A stretch of 63,023 nt of DNA, filler included, from Anaerolineae bacterium (lineage in GTDB: Bacteria; Chloroflexota; Anaerolineae; B4-G1; DUEL01): NCBI GenBank assembly GCA_041082215.1. It is 8 parts of 8 records of this genome, joined end to end, with 100 filler letters (N's around TTAATTAATTAA, not from the genome) between each part and the next. Parts side by side here need not be neighbours in the genome. Positions count along the whole stretch, not along the records: positions 1 to 4,681 come from JBDOIF010000044.1; positions 4,782 to 26,720 come from JBDOIF010000085.1; 6 more parts are not named here. One strand, given 5' to 3'. Below the pieces are notes generated by a model, which did not search any database, had not been told where the DNA came from, and was given only the letters and a program-made list of their open reading frames with translations. The translations under genes and the position numbers were made by a program. The first letter of the stretch is position 1, and each line of letters opens with the position of its first letter. Positions 1-7,689 of the stretch are shown in pieces.

Positions 1-21
1 CCGCCCAACAGCAAACATCGT

Positions 22-1110
22 TCAGAAGACGTGGACCGCTGAGGCCTTGAAGGCGATATAGACCTCTCCCCCCTCCCGCAACGCCATCTCCTCCAGCGAC
101 GGTCGGGTGACCGCGCAGACGAAATCCAGCGCCTCCGGCAAAGCCCCATCCGGCGGAACGCGCACTGTTACGTAGGTGAGGACGCCCCGGTCCAGAACGC
201 CCACTATCCGCCCCCGAAAGGAATTGCGCATGCTGGAATGGAGCAGCTCCCGGGCGAGCACGATGTCCTCCGGTCGGATGGAGGCGTGGACAGAGCCCGA
301 CAAATCGGTCAGAACCGCCATCCGGATACCCGGTCGTCCCGTACCCTCCAGGACGAGCCACCGGTAACTTCCGTCTCCAGGGAAGATTTCACCCCGGAAG
401 ACGTTCCTCACCCCCACAAAACGGGCCACAAATTCCGATTCGGGCCGCCGGAAAATTTCCTCCGGGGAGCCAACCTGAACGATTTGCCCCTGATGCATCA
501 CCGCGATACGGTCGGCCAGCGCGACCGCTTCCTCAAAGTCGTGGGTGACGTGAACCGTCGTGGTGCCCAGTTCCCGGTGCAGTCGGGCCAACTCCCGCTG
601 CAGGCCCTCCCGGGTCTCGGGGTCCAGCGCGCTCAGGGGTTCATCCAGCAGGAGGAGGGCCGGCTCAATCGCCAGCGCGCGGGCCAGGGCCACCCGCTGC
701 GCCTCGCCCCCGCTCAGCGTCTCCGGCCTCCGCTGGAGCAGATGGTGGATAGAAAGCCGTCGGCTGATTTCGTCCACCCGCGCCGCGACCGCCTTCTGGC
801 CCATTCCCTTCAGCCGCAGACCAAAGGCGATGTTCTCCGCCACACTCAGGTGGGGGAAGAGCGCGTAGTCCTGATAGACAAACCCGACCGAACGGCGTTC
901 CGGCGGGACCCGGGTGACGTCCTCACCGTTCAGAAAAACGTGCCCCCGTCGGGGGAAGTGCAGCCCTGCGATGGTCTCCAGCAGCACCGTCTTGCCCGCG
1001 CCGGTCGGGCCGAGAATGACGAAATACTCCCCGGGGATGACCTCCAGATGGACCCCGCGCAGGTGGAATTCCCCCAGGTCCAGCCACAAATCCGTCACCC
1101 GCAAACTCAT
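22..1110 (-). CDS. wtpC: Tungstate/molybdate ABC transporter ATP-binding subunit (WtpC/ModC-like) with C-terminal TOBE domain
   Basis: Walker A GPTGAGKT, signature LSGGEAQRV, Walker B LLLLDEP, H-loop VTHD; C-terminal mop/TOBE-like SMRNSFRGRI...FKASAV; overlaps the permease stop. Confidence 0.85.
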   Translation of the reverse strand: MSLRVTDLWLDLGEFHLRGVHLEVIPGEYFVILGPTGAGKTVLLETIAGLHFPRRGHVFLNGEDVTRVPPERRSVGFVYQDYALFPHLSVAENIAFGLRLKGMGQKAVAARVDEISRRLSIHHLLQRRPETLSGGEAQRVALARALAIEPALLLLDEPLSALDPETREGLQRELARLHRELGTTTVHVTHDFEEAVALADRIAVMHQGQIVQVGSPEEIFRRPESEFVARFVGVRNVFRGEIFPGDGSYRWLVLEGTGRPGIRMAVLTDLSGSVHASIRPEDIVLARELLHSSMRNSFRGRIVGVLDRGVLTYVTVRVPPDGALPEALDFVCAVTRPSLEEMALREGGEVYIAFKASAVHVF

Positions 1111-1898
1111 CTCGCCCTCCGGTTCTTCCGGGGGATTCCCCGCAACGCCGCGAAGGCGACCAGACAGATGAGAATCATCAGCGCCGCCACTGGCTGAGCG
1201 TAGGCCAGCCCGAAAGACTCAAACCGCTCGTAGAGGAGCACCGGGGCCACCATCGGGTGGTAGGCCAGGATGACGACGGCGCCGAACTCGCTCAGACCCC
1301 GGGCCCACATCATGATCGCTCCCGAAAGGATGCCCCGCCAGGCCAGGGGGAAGGAGACCCGCCAGAAGGCCTCCCAGGGCGATGCGCCCAGCGTCCGCGC
1401 CACCCGTTCCAGGCGGGGGTCCACCGCCTCAAACCCCTCCCGGGCCCCGTTGACCAGAAAAGAGAGGCTGACAAAGAGTATGGCGATGACGATGCCGGGC
1501 ACGGCGGAGACAAACCTCAGGCCCAGGAGGCCGAACGCCTGGCCCAGCGGGGCCTGTCGCCCAAAGACCATCAGGAGCGCGATGCCCGCCGCTGAGTGCG
1601 GGACGACGACGGGCAAATCCACGATTCCTTCCACCACCCCCTTGCCGGGGAAGTCTACCCGCGCCAGCAGATAGGCCAGGGGGACGCCGCAGATAAAGGC
1701 CAGCAGGGTAGCGATAAGGGACGCGTAGAGGGTCAGGGAGATGGCGCCGCGCACCTCCGGGTCCAGAAGCGTCTGCCAGAGAAGGGAGGGGCTGGACGCG
1801 ATCACCGTCCGGGCCAGCGGCACGGCGACGAACAGAACCAGCAGAGTTCCGAGGACGGAGAAGAGGACGGTCATTCGGTTGGCGAAAAGGACTTTCAT
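1107..1898 (-). CDS. wtpB: Tungstate/molybdate ABC transporter permease
   Basis: Multiple TM helices, EAA-like loop VARTLGA, DLPVVVPH and WARGLSEFGAV motifs; start taken at ATG 1898 (MKVLFANR), just after the binding-protein stop. Confidence 0.85.
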   Translation of the reverse strand: MKVLFANRMTVLFSVLGTLLVLFVAVPLARTVIASSPSLLWQTLLDPEVRGAISLTLYASLIATLLAFICGVPLAYLLARVDFPGKGVVEGIVDLPVVVPHSAAGIALLMVFGRQAPLGQAFGLLGLRFVSAVPGIVIAILFVSLSFLVNGAREGFEAVDPRLERVARTLGASPWEAFWRVSFPLAWRGILSGAIMMWARGLSEFGAVVILAYHPMVAPVLLYERFESFGLAYAQPVAALMILICLVAFAALRGIPRKNRRAR

Positions 1899-1899
1899 G

Positions 1900-2877
1900 C
1901 TATTGCTCCGTGACCAGTGGCCGAAGGAGGGGAGGAAGGGCATCCCGGTTCTCCGTGACGGGTGGCACAATGGGTGGCTGGCCCATGCGCTCCATGACCG
2001 CCTGGCCCTCCGGGCCGATGAGAAACCGGACAAACTCCAGGGCCAGGTCGGGATTCGGGGCGTTTTTGGGGACGGTCACCCCATAGACGATGGGCTCGCC
2101 CACGATGGTGATGGTCTGGCCCGGGCCTGTACCGACGATTCCCACGCGCGCCTGGCGATAGAAATCGGCGTGCTCCACGCTCCCCAGGTTCATCTCCGGC
2201 GGCAACTCCACAAACCGGAGGCCGTGCTGGAGGGCGACCGAGCGGTACTCAAAGGCGTAGTCCACATCCCCCGACTGCAATAGCGCAATCAATTCCACCG
2301 ACTTGGGGCGCATGTGCGCTTTCGGACAGCGCGCCTCCAGCGTGTGGTAGAGGCCAGGTATCCCGTAGTGTGCCTCCGCCAGTTGCCAGACCATCAGCGT
2401 GCGGTAGCCGCAGGGGTCGGTATTGGGATCGGCGCGACCGCAGATGACGCCGTCCCGACCGAGGATTTCGTACCAGTTACCGGTGTTCACTTCGTCCGCG
2501 TACCGGGAGCGGTCGGTATAGGCCAATACCATTTCGTTGCGGGCAAAAAGAATGCTCCAGTCGGCGAAGTCGGGGATGAGCAACCGGTCAATGATCCGGT
2601 AGTCCGCCGAGATGACCAGGTCGGCCTCCCGGCCCAGTTCGCGAATTTTGCGGGCGGCCTCGTTGCTGCCGGACGCTTCGGTCTGAAACGTGACGCCGGG
2701 ATAGCGGGCCCGGAAGGCTTCCGTGAGGGCCCGCACTGGCTCCGCCAGACTGCCGGCGTGAAAGATGACCAGTTTCCCGCCCCAGGGGGTTGTCGGAGTG
2801 GATGCGGAGAGAGCCGACTGGCATCCGGCCAGAAAGCAGGCAAGGATGACGGCGGCCAGAAGAGGATGAGTTTTCAC
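1900..2877 (-). CDS. wtpA: Tungstate/molybdate ABC transporter substrate-binding lipoprotein
   Basis: Lipobox LAGC; FHAGSL, SGS, SADY, DPCGYR, FEYRSVA and PIVYG motifs of WtpA-type proteins; GTG start after GGAGG. Confidence 0.85.
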   Translation of the reverse strand: MKTHPLLAAVILACFLAGCQSALSASTPTTPWGGKLVIFHAGSLAEPVRALTEAFRARYPGVTFQTEASGSNEAARKIRELGREADLVISADYRIIDRLLIPDFADWSILFARNEMVLAYTDRSRYADEVNTGNWYEILGRDGVICGRADPNTDPCGYRTLMVWQLAEAHYGIPGLYHTLEARCPKAHMRPKSVELIALLQSGDVDYAFEYRSVALQHGLRFVELPPEMNLGSVEHADFYRQARVGIVGTGPGQTITIVGEPIVYGVTVPKNAPNPDLALEFVRFLIGPEGQAVMERMGQPPIVPPVTENRDALPPLLRPLVTEQ

Positions 2878-2912
2878 AGCGAGGCCTCCAGTTGTATATT
2901 TGTCGCGCTACA

Positions 2913-2940
2913 ATTATACTTTCGTAGATACTCCTGTCAA
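2913..2940 (-). promoter_or_regulatory. Sigma70-type promoter for wtpABC
   Basis: Minus strand reads TTGACA-N16-TATAAT, both hexamers perfect, about 35 nt upstream of the wtpA start. Confidence 0.75.
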
Positions 2941-3036
2941 GGCGTCGGGGCTTGACTTTACCCACATCTCAGGGAGGCTGCCGTTGATTGCCCGACGGTA
3001 TTGCAACTGGAAAAATTATTTGGGCAATCGGTAGCA

Positions 3037-3189
3037 ACCGCCCTCACCTCACCCCCAGCCCCCTCCCCTCTCCCGCTCGCCTTCGGCGGCAGGCGAGGGG
3101 AGGGGGTGGAATGGGGTTTTGAGGGCGGCGGCGAGGCCGCCGCCCTCAACCCCCCTCTTCACCCCCCTTCTCCCCCCGAAACGGAGGAG
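3037..3189. repeat. Cluster of GC-rich REP-like hairpins; the last is the IS110 target site
   Basis: ccccctcccctc...gaggggaggggg; ttgagggcggcggc-gag-gccgccgccctcaa; ccccccttctcc...ggag, whose partner arm aagggggg lies beyond the IS at 4674-4681. Confidence 0.65.
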
Positions 3190-3332
3190 ATGCTCTCAAA
3201 ATTGTCAAGAGAGCGACCTGGGGGAAGGAAGGGGCAGGGACGGGAAGAGACAACAATACTCCCCCTTCCCTCTCCTCCGAGAGGGTTTGCTTTTGTTTAA
3301 AAATCAGATTCTGACGCAGGGGCGAAGCGGCT

Positions 3333-4355
3333 CTATACCCTTCGCACCGAGACGGTGTGCCGCTGGGGATCAAACTCCTCCCCACTGCAGTACACCGCCC
3401 ACGCCCACACCACGATCTTGCGCGCCGCCGCCACCAGCGCCACCATATGGGACTTCCCCCGCTCCCGTAGCCGGCGGTAAAAGCGGGCCAGCGGGCTATC
3501 CGCTCCCCGCAACCCGCCCCGAGCCGCCGCCACCAGCAGGGAGCGCCAGCGGGTGTCCCCCCGCTTGCTGATGTGCCCCCGGGGCGGCCGAACCCCGCTC
3601 TGGTGAATCCGGGGGTCCAACCCCAGATAGGCCACCAGCCCTTTGGCATCCCGGCGGCCCAACTGCGCCCAGCGCACCACCAGGGCCACCAGCACGTGGA
3701 CCGTCTTGGCTCCCACCCCGGGCACGCTCAACAGACGCCGCCGCAACTCGTCCAGGTTGGGGAAGTCCTGGTACAGGCGGCGGATGTGCCGCTTCGTCCG
3801 CCGGATGAGCCGATTCAGGCACTGGAGGTGTTCCTCCAGGTCCCCGATTTCGGGGGCATCCGGCGAGACCCCCTGGCTCCGGTAGGCGTCCAGGCGGTTC
3901 TGTTCCCGCTGCCGCTCCGCCTCCAGTTCCCGCAGCCGCTCCGCCAGGCGGAGCAGGTGGAATGCCGGCTCGGGCCAGGGCTTCCAGGGGTGGAGGTCCT
4001 TGCGATGCTCGGCCCCGTAGAGGGCCAGCATCTGGCTATCCAGGGGGTCGGTCTTGGCCCGACGCCCCCGCCCCTGCTGCCATTGGCGCACCTGGCGGGG
4101 GTTGGGATAGAGGATGCACTGGCCCTGTTCGGAGAGCCAGTACATCAGGGGGCGTTCGTAGCCCCCACAGGGCTCTATGACCCAGACGACCTCCTCACCC
4201 CGGGCCCGCTGCCGCACCTGCCGGAAGAGCGTATCAAACGCCTCCGGCCGGTTGGGGAAGGAGCCCAGGGGCTGGGGCGAGGCATCCTGGCCCTCCCGAA
4301 AGAGGGCCACGACCAGGGTGTCCCGGCCGCCGTCCACACCGACATAAAGACTCAT
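3333..4355 (-). CDS. IS110-family DEDD transposase/recombinase
   Basis: RuvC-like DEDD residues in VGVDGG, IEPCGGY and AKTDPLD; HhH SVPGVG; C-terminal AYLGLDP..HQSG with the catalytic Ser; SKRG; ALVAAARK; RBS AGGAGG. Confidence 0.95.
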   Translation of the reverse strand: MSLYVGVDGGRDTLVVALFREGQDASPQPLGSFPNRPEAFDTLFRQVRQRARGEEVVWVIEPCGGYERPLMYWLSEQGQCILYPNPRQVRQWQQGRGRRAKTDPLDSQMLALYGAEHRKDLHPWKPWPEPAFHLLRLAERLRELEAERQREQNRLDAYRSQGVSPDAPEIGDLEEHLQCLNRLIRRTKRHIRRLYQDFPNLDELRRRLLSVPGVGAKTVHVLVALVVRWAQLGRRDAKGLVAYLGLDPRIHQSGVRPPRGHISKRGDTRWRSLLVAAARGGLRGADSPLARFYRRLRERGKSHMVALVAAARKIVVWAWAVYCSGEEFDPQRHTVSVRRV

Positions 4356-4660
4356 TGGACACCTCCTGAAAGGGCCCCGGTTCCCGGAGGGGGTGGGTCC
4401 AGGTATGGTCTGGTATGCGGGCTTGGGAGCCCTGGATGCTCTCCATACTTCGGGTCCTGGCCCACGCCTGATCTCGGATGCGGGCTTGGCAGCCCTGGAA
4501 GGGGGGCAGACTTCCGGGAGAAGGGGCCGTCTCCCATCCGGGATAACCGGAAGGGGTACCGGAAAATGTACCGCAGTTTGTTAAAGAGAACAAGGGCCGG
4601 GGCCTATCTCCGCCCGGGAGCTCTGGGCCCTGAAGGGGGGACGGCTTCCCCGGCCCACCC
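4356..4660 (-). ncRNA. Predicted IS110 bridge RNA with one donor-binding loop and up to three target-binding loops
   Basis: Donor guides GAGAGCATC (4435-4443) and ATACCAG (4410-4416) match the element junction GAGAGCAT-CT-GGTAT; target guide CCCCCCTTC occurs at 4632-4640 and 4498-4506, variant TACCCCTTC at 4550-4558; transcript ends are estimates. Confidence 0.8.
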
Positions 4661-4781
4661 CTAATGATACCAGAAGGGGGGNNNNNNNNNNNNNNNNNNN
4701 NNNNNNNNNNNNNNNNNNNNNNNNNTTAATTAATTAANNNNNNNNNNNNNNNNNNNNNNNNNNNNNNNNNNNNNNNNNNNN

Positions 4782-7038
4782 TCTCTATCAGGAAGCCCAG
4801 CGACGGCTGGAGGAGCTGACCGCCCTCCACGAAATTGACCTCCAGGTCAGTTCCGCGCTGGAACTGGAGGCGGTTCTGGAGACAGTCGCCGAGCAGCTGG
4901 TGCGGATTATGGGAATCTCTACACTCTACATCGGCCTCTACGATCCCCTGCGGGATGAGATCCACCTCCCGGTTGTCCTCGACCAGGGCCAGCGGCTCCC
5001 TCCGCTCAGGGTGGGGGTATCGGCAGGCGGGCTGGCCGGTTGGGTGATCCGCTCCGGTGAACCCCTGTGGGTGGACGACATGGAAAAGGAGCGGGACCAG
5101 CTGGAAGTACAGGCGGTCCAGCTTGGAGAGCCGACCCGCAGCCTGGCCGTCCTGCCGCTGGTGGTTAAGGGACGGGTGGTCGGCGTCCTCTCCGCCCAGT
5201 CCTACGAGCCCTACGCTTTTGACTCGGGCGACCGCCAGCTCCTGACGGAGCTGGCCACCCAGACGGCCATCGCCATCGAGAACGCCCGTCTCTATCAGGA
5301 AACCGTCCGCCGGCTGGCCGAGGCCCGCATCCTCCAGGAGATCAGCCTGGCCGCCGCCTCCACCCTCGACTTCGACCAGGTCCTGGAGCGGGCGATAGAT
5401 GCCATCGGGCGCTTGCTCGGAGTGGAGTACCTTAACTTCATGTTCCCCAACGAGAAGGAAGGGTGCATGGTCACCCACCGCGCCCTGCTCGGCTTCAGTC
5501 CATCACCGGAAGGGACCTATCGCTTCCCCATCAACGCCTGCATCACCGGCCGGGTGTACCGGACCGGGCAGCCTGCGCTGGTGCCCGATGTCACACTGGA
5601 CCCCGATTACGCTGCCGCGGCGGAAGACGTGCGCTCCGAGCTTGCCGTGCCGGTTAAGATAGGGGAAGAGGTGGTCGCTGTCCTGAATCTGGAAAGCCGC
5701 CGCCCCGCCGCCTTCGATGAGGACGACCTGGCCTTCTACACCGCCGTCGCCGGGCAGCTCGGGGTGGCGCTGGAGAACGCCCGACTCTATCAGCAAGAGC
5801 AGCGCCGACGCCAGGAGGCAGAGACCCTCTACCGGGCCGCCCAGGCCCTGACCACCACGCTCGACCTGCAGGAGGTCCTGGACCGGATCCTGACGGAGTT
5901 GCAGGAAGTCGTCCCCTACGACAGCGCCTCGGTCCAGTTGCTTCAAGGAGATAAGCTGGAAATCATCGGCGGTCGGGGGTTCCCCAACCTGGAGGAGCTG
6001 CTGGGGCTCTCCTTCCACCTGGAGCGTGAAGACAACCCCAACAGCCAGGTGATGCGGACCCGTGCGCCGCTCATTCTGGACGATGCATCTGCCATCCATA
6101 ACGGGTTTCGCCAGGAGCCCCACGCCGCTGCCGGCATTCGGGCCTGGATGGGGGTGCCGCTCCTCTTCGGCGACCGGCCGATCGGAATGCTGGCACTGGA
6201 CAAGCGGGAGCCGGGGTTCTACACCCCGGAGCACGCCCGTGTGGCGATGGCCTTCGCTACCCAGGCGGCTATCGCCATCGAGAACGCCCGTCTCTACCAG
6301 CAATTGGAAGAAAAGTCCGCCGAGTTAAGCCAGGCCCTCCGGGAGCTGCAGGAACTGGATCAGTTGCGGAACCAGGTCGTGCAGAATGTCAGCCACGAGC
6401 TTCGCACCCCCCTCACCCTGATCCAGGGATACACCCAGCTCCTCCTTTCCGGCGACCTGGGGCCGATCGTGGACACGCAGCGAAGCGCCCTGGAGGTGAT
6501 CTACGACCGCTCCGTGACCCTCTCCCGGCTGATCTATAACCTGACTGCTCTCCAGGCCATACCCCAGGGGACATTCACCACCGTCCCCCTCCAGTTGCCG
6601 GAGCTGATCTCCTTCGTCTTCATGGAATATCGGCTTGCGGCCGAAGCGGCGGGGGTCCGGCTCGAGGCCACCTTCCCAAAGGACATGCCCCCCGCCCTGG
6701 GCGACCGGGAGTATCTGAAGCTGGCCTTCACCCATCTGATCGAGAACGCCATCAAATTCAGCCCCAACGGAGGGGCCGTTGAGGTGCACGGGTGGGCAGA
6801 GGACAGGTGGGTATACGTGACCGTGCGGGATCAGGGGATCGGGATCGCTCCGGAGCATATGGACCGCATCTTTGAGCGGTTCTACCAGGCAGACGGCTCC
6901 ACAACCCGTCGCTTCGGGGGAATGGGCGTGGGGCTGGCGCTGGTGTGGGAGATCGTGGAGGCCCACGGAGGGAAGGTGTGGGTGGAAAGTGAGGTCGGAA
7001 AGGGCAGTACGTTCACCGTCAAGCTGCCCCGCGCCTGA
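4782..7038 (+). CDS. Multi-GAF sensor histidine kinase (5' end cut by contig edge)
   Basis: Three GAF domains ending AIENARLY/ALENARLY, H-box VSHELRTPL, N-box ENAIKF, G1 DQGIG, G2 GMGVGL; frame open back to the contig start. Confidence 0.92.
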
Positions 7039-7050
7039 GGAGAAGGGACC

Positions 7051-7689
7051 GTGAAGAAGTGGTTTATCGCCATCGCGGGCAACATCGGTGTGGGCAAATC
7101 AACGCTGACGGAAATGTTGAGTCGGCGACTGGGATGGGAGCCGTTCTTCGAAGCGGTGACCGATAACCCTTACCTGGCCGATTTCTACCAGGATATGCGT
7201 CGCTGGAGCTTCCACTCGCAGATCTTCTTCCTCTCGCGCCGCCTGCATCACCACCACAACCTTCTTCAGCGGCCCAATTCCGTGGTCCAGGACCGCACAG
7301 TGTACGAAGACGCGGAGGTCTTTGCCCGCAACCTCTACCAGCAGGGGCTGATGAGCGAGCGGGATTACGCCAGCTATCGGGGGCTGTATGAGGTTTTGAG
7401 CCTCCTCCTGCCCCCCCCCGACCTGGTGGTCTACCTCCGCGCTTCTGTACCTACCCTGATAACCCGTATCGCCAACCGGGGCCGGTCCTTTGAACGGGGG
7501 ATCTCCCCCGATTACCTTGCCCAGCTCAACGACCTGTACGAGGAGTGGATCGCCCACTTCAACCTCTGTCCGATCCTGACCGTCCCTTCCGATCGCCTGG
7601 ATTTCGTGGCCAACTCCCACCACCTGGACCTGATCGTGGAGAAGGTGATGGAAAAGCTCCAGGGGCGAGAGGAGGTGGTGTTTCCATGA
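7051..7689 (+). CDS. Deoxynucleoside kinase (dNK family)
   Basis: P-loop AGNIGVGKST, DRTVYED, PDLVVYL, RGRSFE lid. Confidence 0.92.
   Translation: MKKWFIAIAGNIGVGKSTLTEMLSRRLGWEPFFEAVTDNPYLADFYQDMRRWSFHSQIFFLSRRLHHHHNLLQRPNSVVQDRTVYEDAEVFARNLYQQGLMSERDYASYRGLYEVLSLLLPPPDLVVYLRASVPTLITRIANRGRSFERGISPDYLAQLNDLYEEWIAHFNLCPILTVPSDRLDFVANSHHLDLIVEKVMEKLQGREEVVFP

Larger units (their letters stand above)
3188..4673 (-). mobile_element. Complete IS110-family insertion sequence bounded by CT core dinucleotides
   Basis: Minus strand: left flank ccccccttCT|ggtatcat, right end cttgacaattttgagagcatCT|cctccg; joining the ends gives TTGACA-N17-TATCAT; removing the IS restores a 12-bp-stem hairpin. Confidence 0.88.

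Noticed and set aside
4410..4506. Direct repeat ATGCGGGCTTGG.AGCCCTGGA as a mini-CRISPR
   Set aside because: Only two copies, and they are explained as the inner stems of bridge-RNA loops
4682..4781. N44-TTAATTAATTAA-N44 blocks (also 26721-26820, 53568-53667, 56310-56409, 57827-57926, 59799-59898, 61492-61591)
   Set aside because: Artificial contig linkers with stops in all six frames; not biological repeats
7545..7685. N-terminal extensions in the ORF track (7545, 13469, 19867, 21254, 27647, 28849, 42131, 50150)
   Set aside because: They overlap neighbouring genes or repeats; downstream starts have RBSs or stop/start coupling
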